This document shows positions 6,508-7,370 of a DNA stretch of 7,370 nucleotides, piece after piece. Origin of the DNA: a virus (taxonomy: Duplodnaviria > Heunggongvirae > Uroviricota > Caudoviricetes); IMG/VR virus record IMGVR_UViG_2703718811_000008, positions 1 to 7,370 of that record; one strand, written 5' to 3'. The notes beneath the pieces were generated by a model, which had not been told where the DNA came from, did no database searches, and was given only the letters and a program-made list of their open reading frames with translations. How positions within the stretch are numbered: the stretch's first letter is position 1; each line of letters opens with the position of its first letter. The position numbers were made by a program, and so were the translations under genes.

Positions 6508-7370
6508 AATCCCCCCCTGAATCCTGCCGGGATCTGGCTGTAGTCCACGTTGTCGTAACTGGCTTTGAAGTACGGGTCTTCGCGTTTTTCGGTGTACGTG
6601 CTGACGGACGGCGATAAGCGCAGGGAAAGCTCATCCCATTTTTCCCGCAGCTTCGACGGGCTGAGCACGTTACGGCACCAGAACGGATCGCGACTGACGC
6701 GGCTGTACATCTCGCAGATTTGTTTATGAGTACGACCATCCTGCACACACATCAGGCGAATTTCGTTTGCCCAGGCTGTCCAGTTCGGTTCTTTGGGACG
6801 AACCACCTCGCCGTCACATTCGGCGGCATGCTCGTACAGGGCGATGATTTTTTTCCAGAGCCACTGTGCGCAGGTCAAATCATCCTGCGTCCCCCACTGG
6901 CGCTTTTTAGGACTGAATACAACCGCATCAGGATGGCGAGTTAAAAAATCCTGTTCAGCCGTCTGCGTGTCCGGTTGCGAAGCGTCCGGACGAGAAGTTT
7001 TTTTATCTGACGGATCATGTTTTGATTTTACTGACGGATCCCCACCAGATTCTGACGGGTGAAAACCCGCTTTTTTGCCAGATTTCGACGCATCAAATTT
7101 TGACGGGCCAGATTTTGATGCGTCAGATTTTGACGGGTCAGAATCTGACAGTTGAGAAAATGCCGCTGCCTGAAGCTTCGCAACGTTAAGCTGATAAACA
7201 TTCGACGCATTGCGGTTACCCTGGCGACGCGCCTTACGCGTTAACCAGCCTTCTGCTTCCAGCCGTGCGATAGCCGTTCTGACGGTACTCATCCCCGCGC
7301 CAATCTGGCGGGCAATGGTTTCAATTGATGGCCAGCACACACCTTTGAACCGCCCCGGAAATCCTGGAGA
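6504..7370 (-). CDS. Phage replication initiation protein (O-like; winged-helix N-terminal domain, repeat-encoded linker), 5' end beyond window
   Basis: Frame is open to the right edge (the track's start at 7340 is a GTG, not a true start). The N-terminal CWPSIETIARQIGAGMSTVRTAIARLEAEGWLTRKARRQGNRNASNVYQL fits the wHTH pattern of replication initiators. An internal Ser/Asp/Lys-rich low-complexity linker is encoded by the tandem DNA repeats. Position is upstream of a nin-like region and Q. Confidence 0.7.
   Translation of the reverse strand, partial: SPGFPGRFKGVCWPSIETIARQIGAGMSTVRTAIARLEAEGWLTRKARRQGNRNASNVYQLNVAKLQAAAFSQLSDSDPSKSDASKSGPSKFDASKSGKKAGFHPSESGGDPSVKSKHDPSDKKTSRPDASQPDTQTAEQDFLTRHPDAVVFSPKKRQWGTQDDLTCAQWLWKKIIALYEHAAECDGEVVRPKEPNWTAWANEIRLMCVQDGRTHKQICEMYSRVSRDPFWCRNVLSPSKLREKWDELSLRLSPSVSTYTEKREDPYFKASYDNVDYSQIPAGFRGGL
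7081..7155. repeat. Five direct 15-bp tandem repeats (iteron-like), with three looser copies at 7001-7060
   Basis: GATTTCGACGCATCA / AATTTTGACGGGCCA / GATTTTGATGCGTCA / GATTTTGACGGGTCA / GAATCTGACAGTTGA at exact 15-bp spacing. The core TGACGGGTCA is a TGAC/GTCA inverted repeat. Extra TGACGG copies at 7008, 7032 and 7053 flank an AT-rich patch (6996-7030). Confidence 0.8.

Noticed and set aside
7000-7160. Possible CRISPR array
   Set aside because: Repeats are 15 bp, directly abutting with no spacers, inside a coding sequence; no cas genes. Iterons are the better explanation.
6491-7210. ORFs 6491..6748 (-), 6720..6944 (+), 6793..7062 (+), 7028..7210 (-)
   Set aside because: Alternative frames across the replication gene; the 7028..7210 frame is just the tandem repeats read in another frame (repetitive RQNL units).

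Overview
This window reads as the early-to-late junction of a lambdoid (Enterobacteriaceae-type) prophage, with almost all genes on the minus strand. From right to left: a replication-initiator gene (5' end off the right edge) carrying iteron-like 15-bp tandem repeats; a PerC-like regulator translationally coupled to it; a short nin-like region holding a LexA-DBD-like fragment fused out of frame to a 5'-truncated RusA resolvase, then a KilA-N/Roi-like protein and a DUF968-like Cys/His protein; the antiterminator Q; an AT-rich cargo (moron) island with a CPBP-family intramembrane protease, a small HTH-like ORF and an opposite-strand small secreted protein; a phage tRNA cluster (Gly-UCC, Arg-UCU, one degenerate tRNA-like); a pair of back-to-back terminators; and the start of a small late-region gene running off the left edge. 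No stx, CRISPR, integrase or IS element was seen. The main candidate for something new is the AT-rich cargo island sitting in the slot that Stx phages use for toxin genes. All family assignments come from reading the six-frame translations and recalled motifs; no searches were run.
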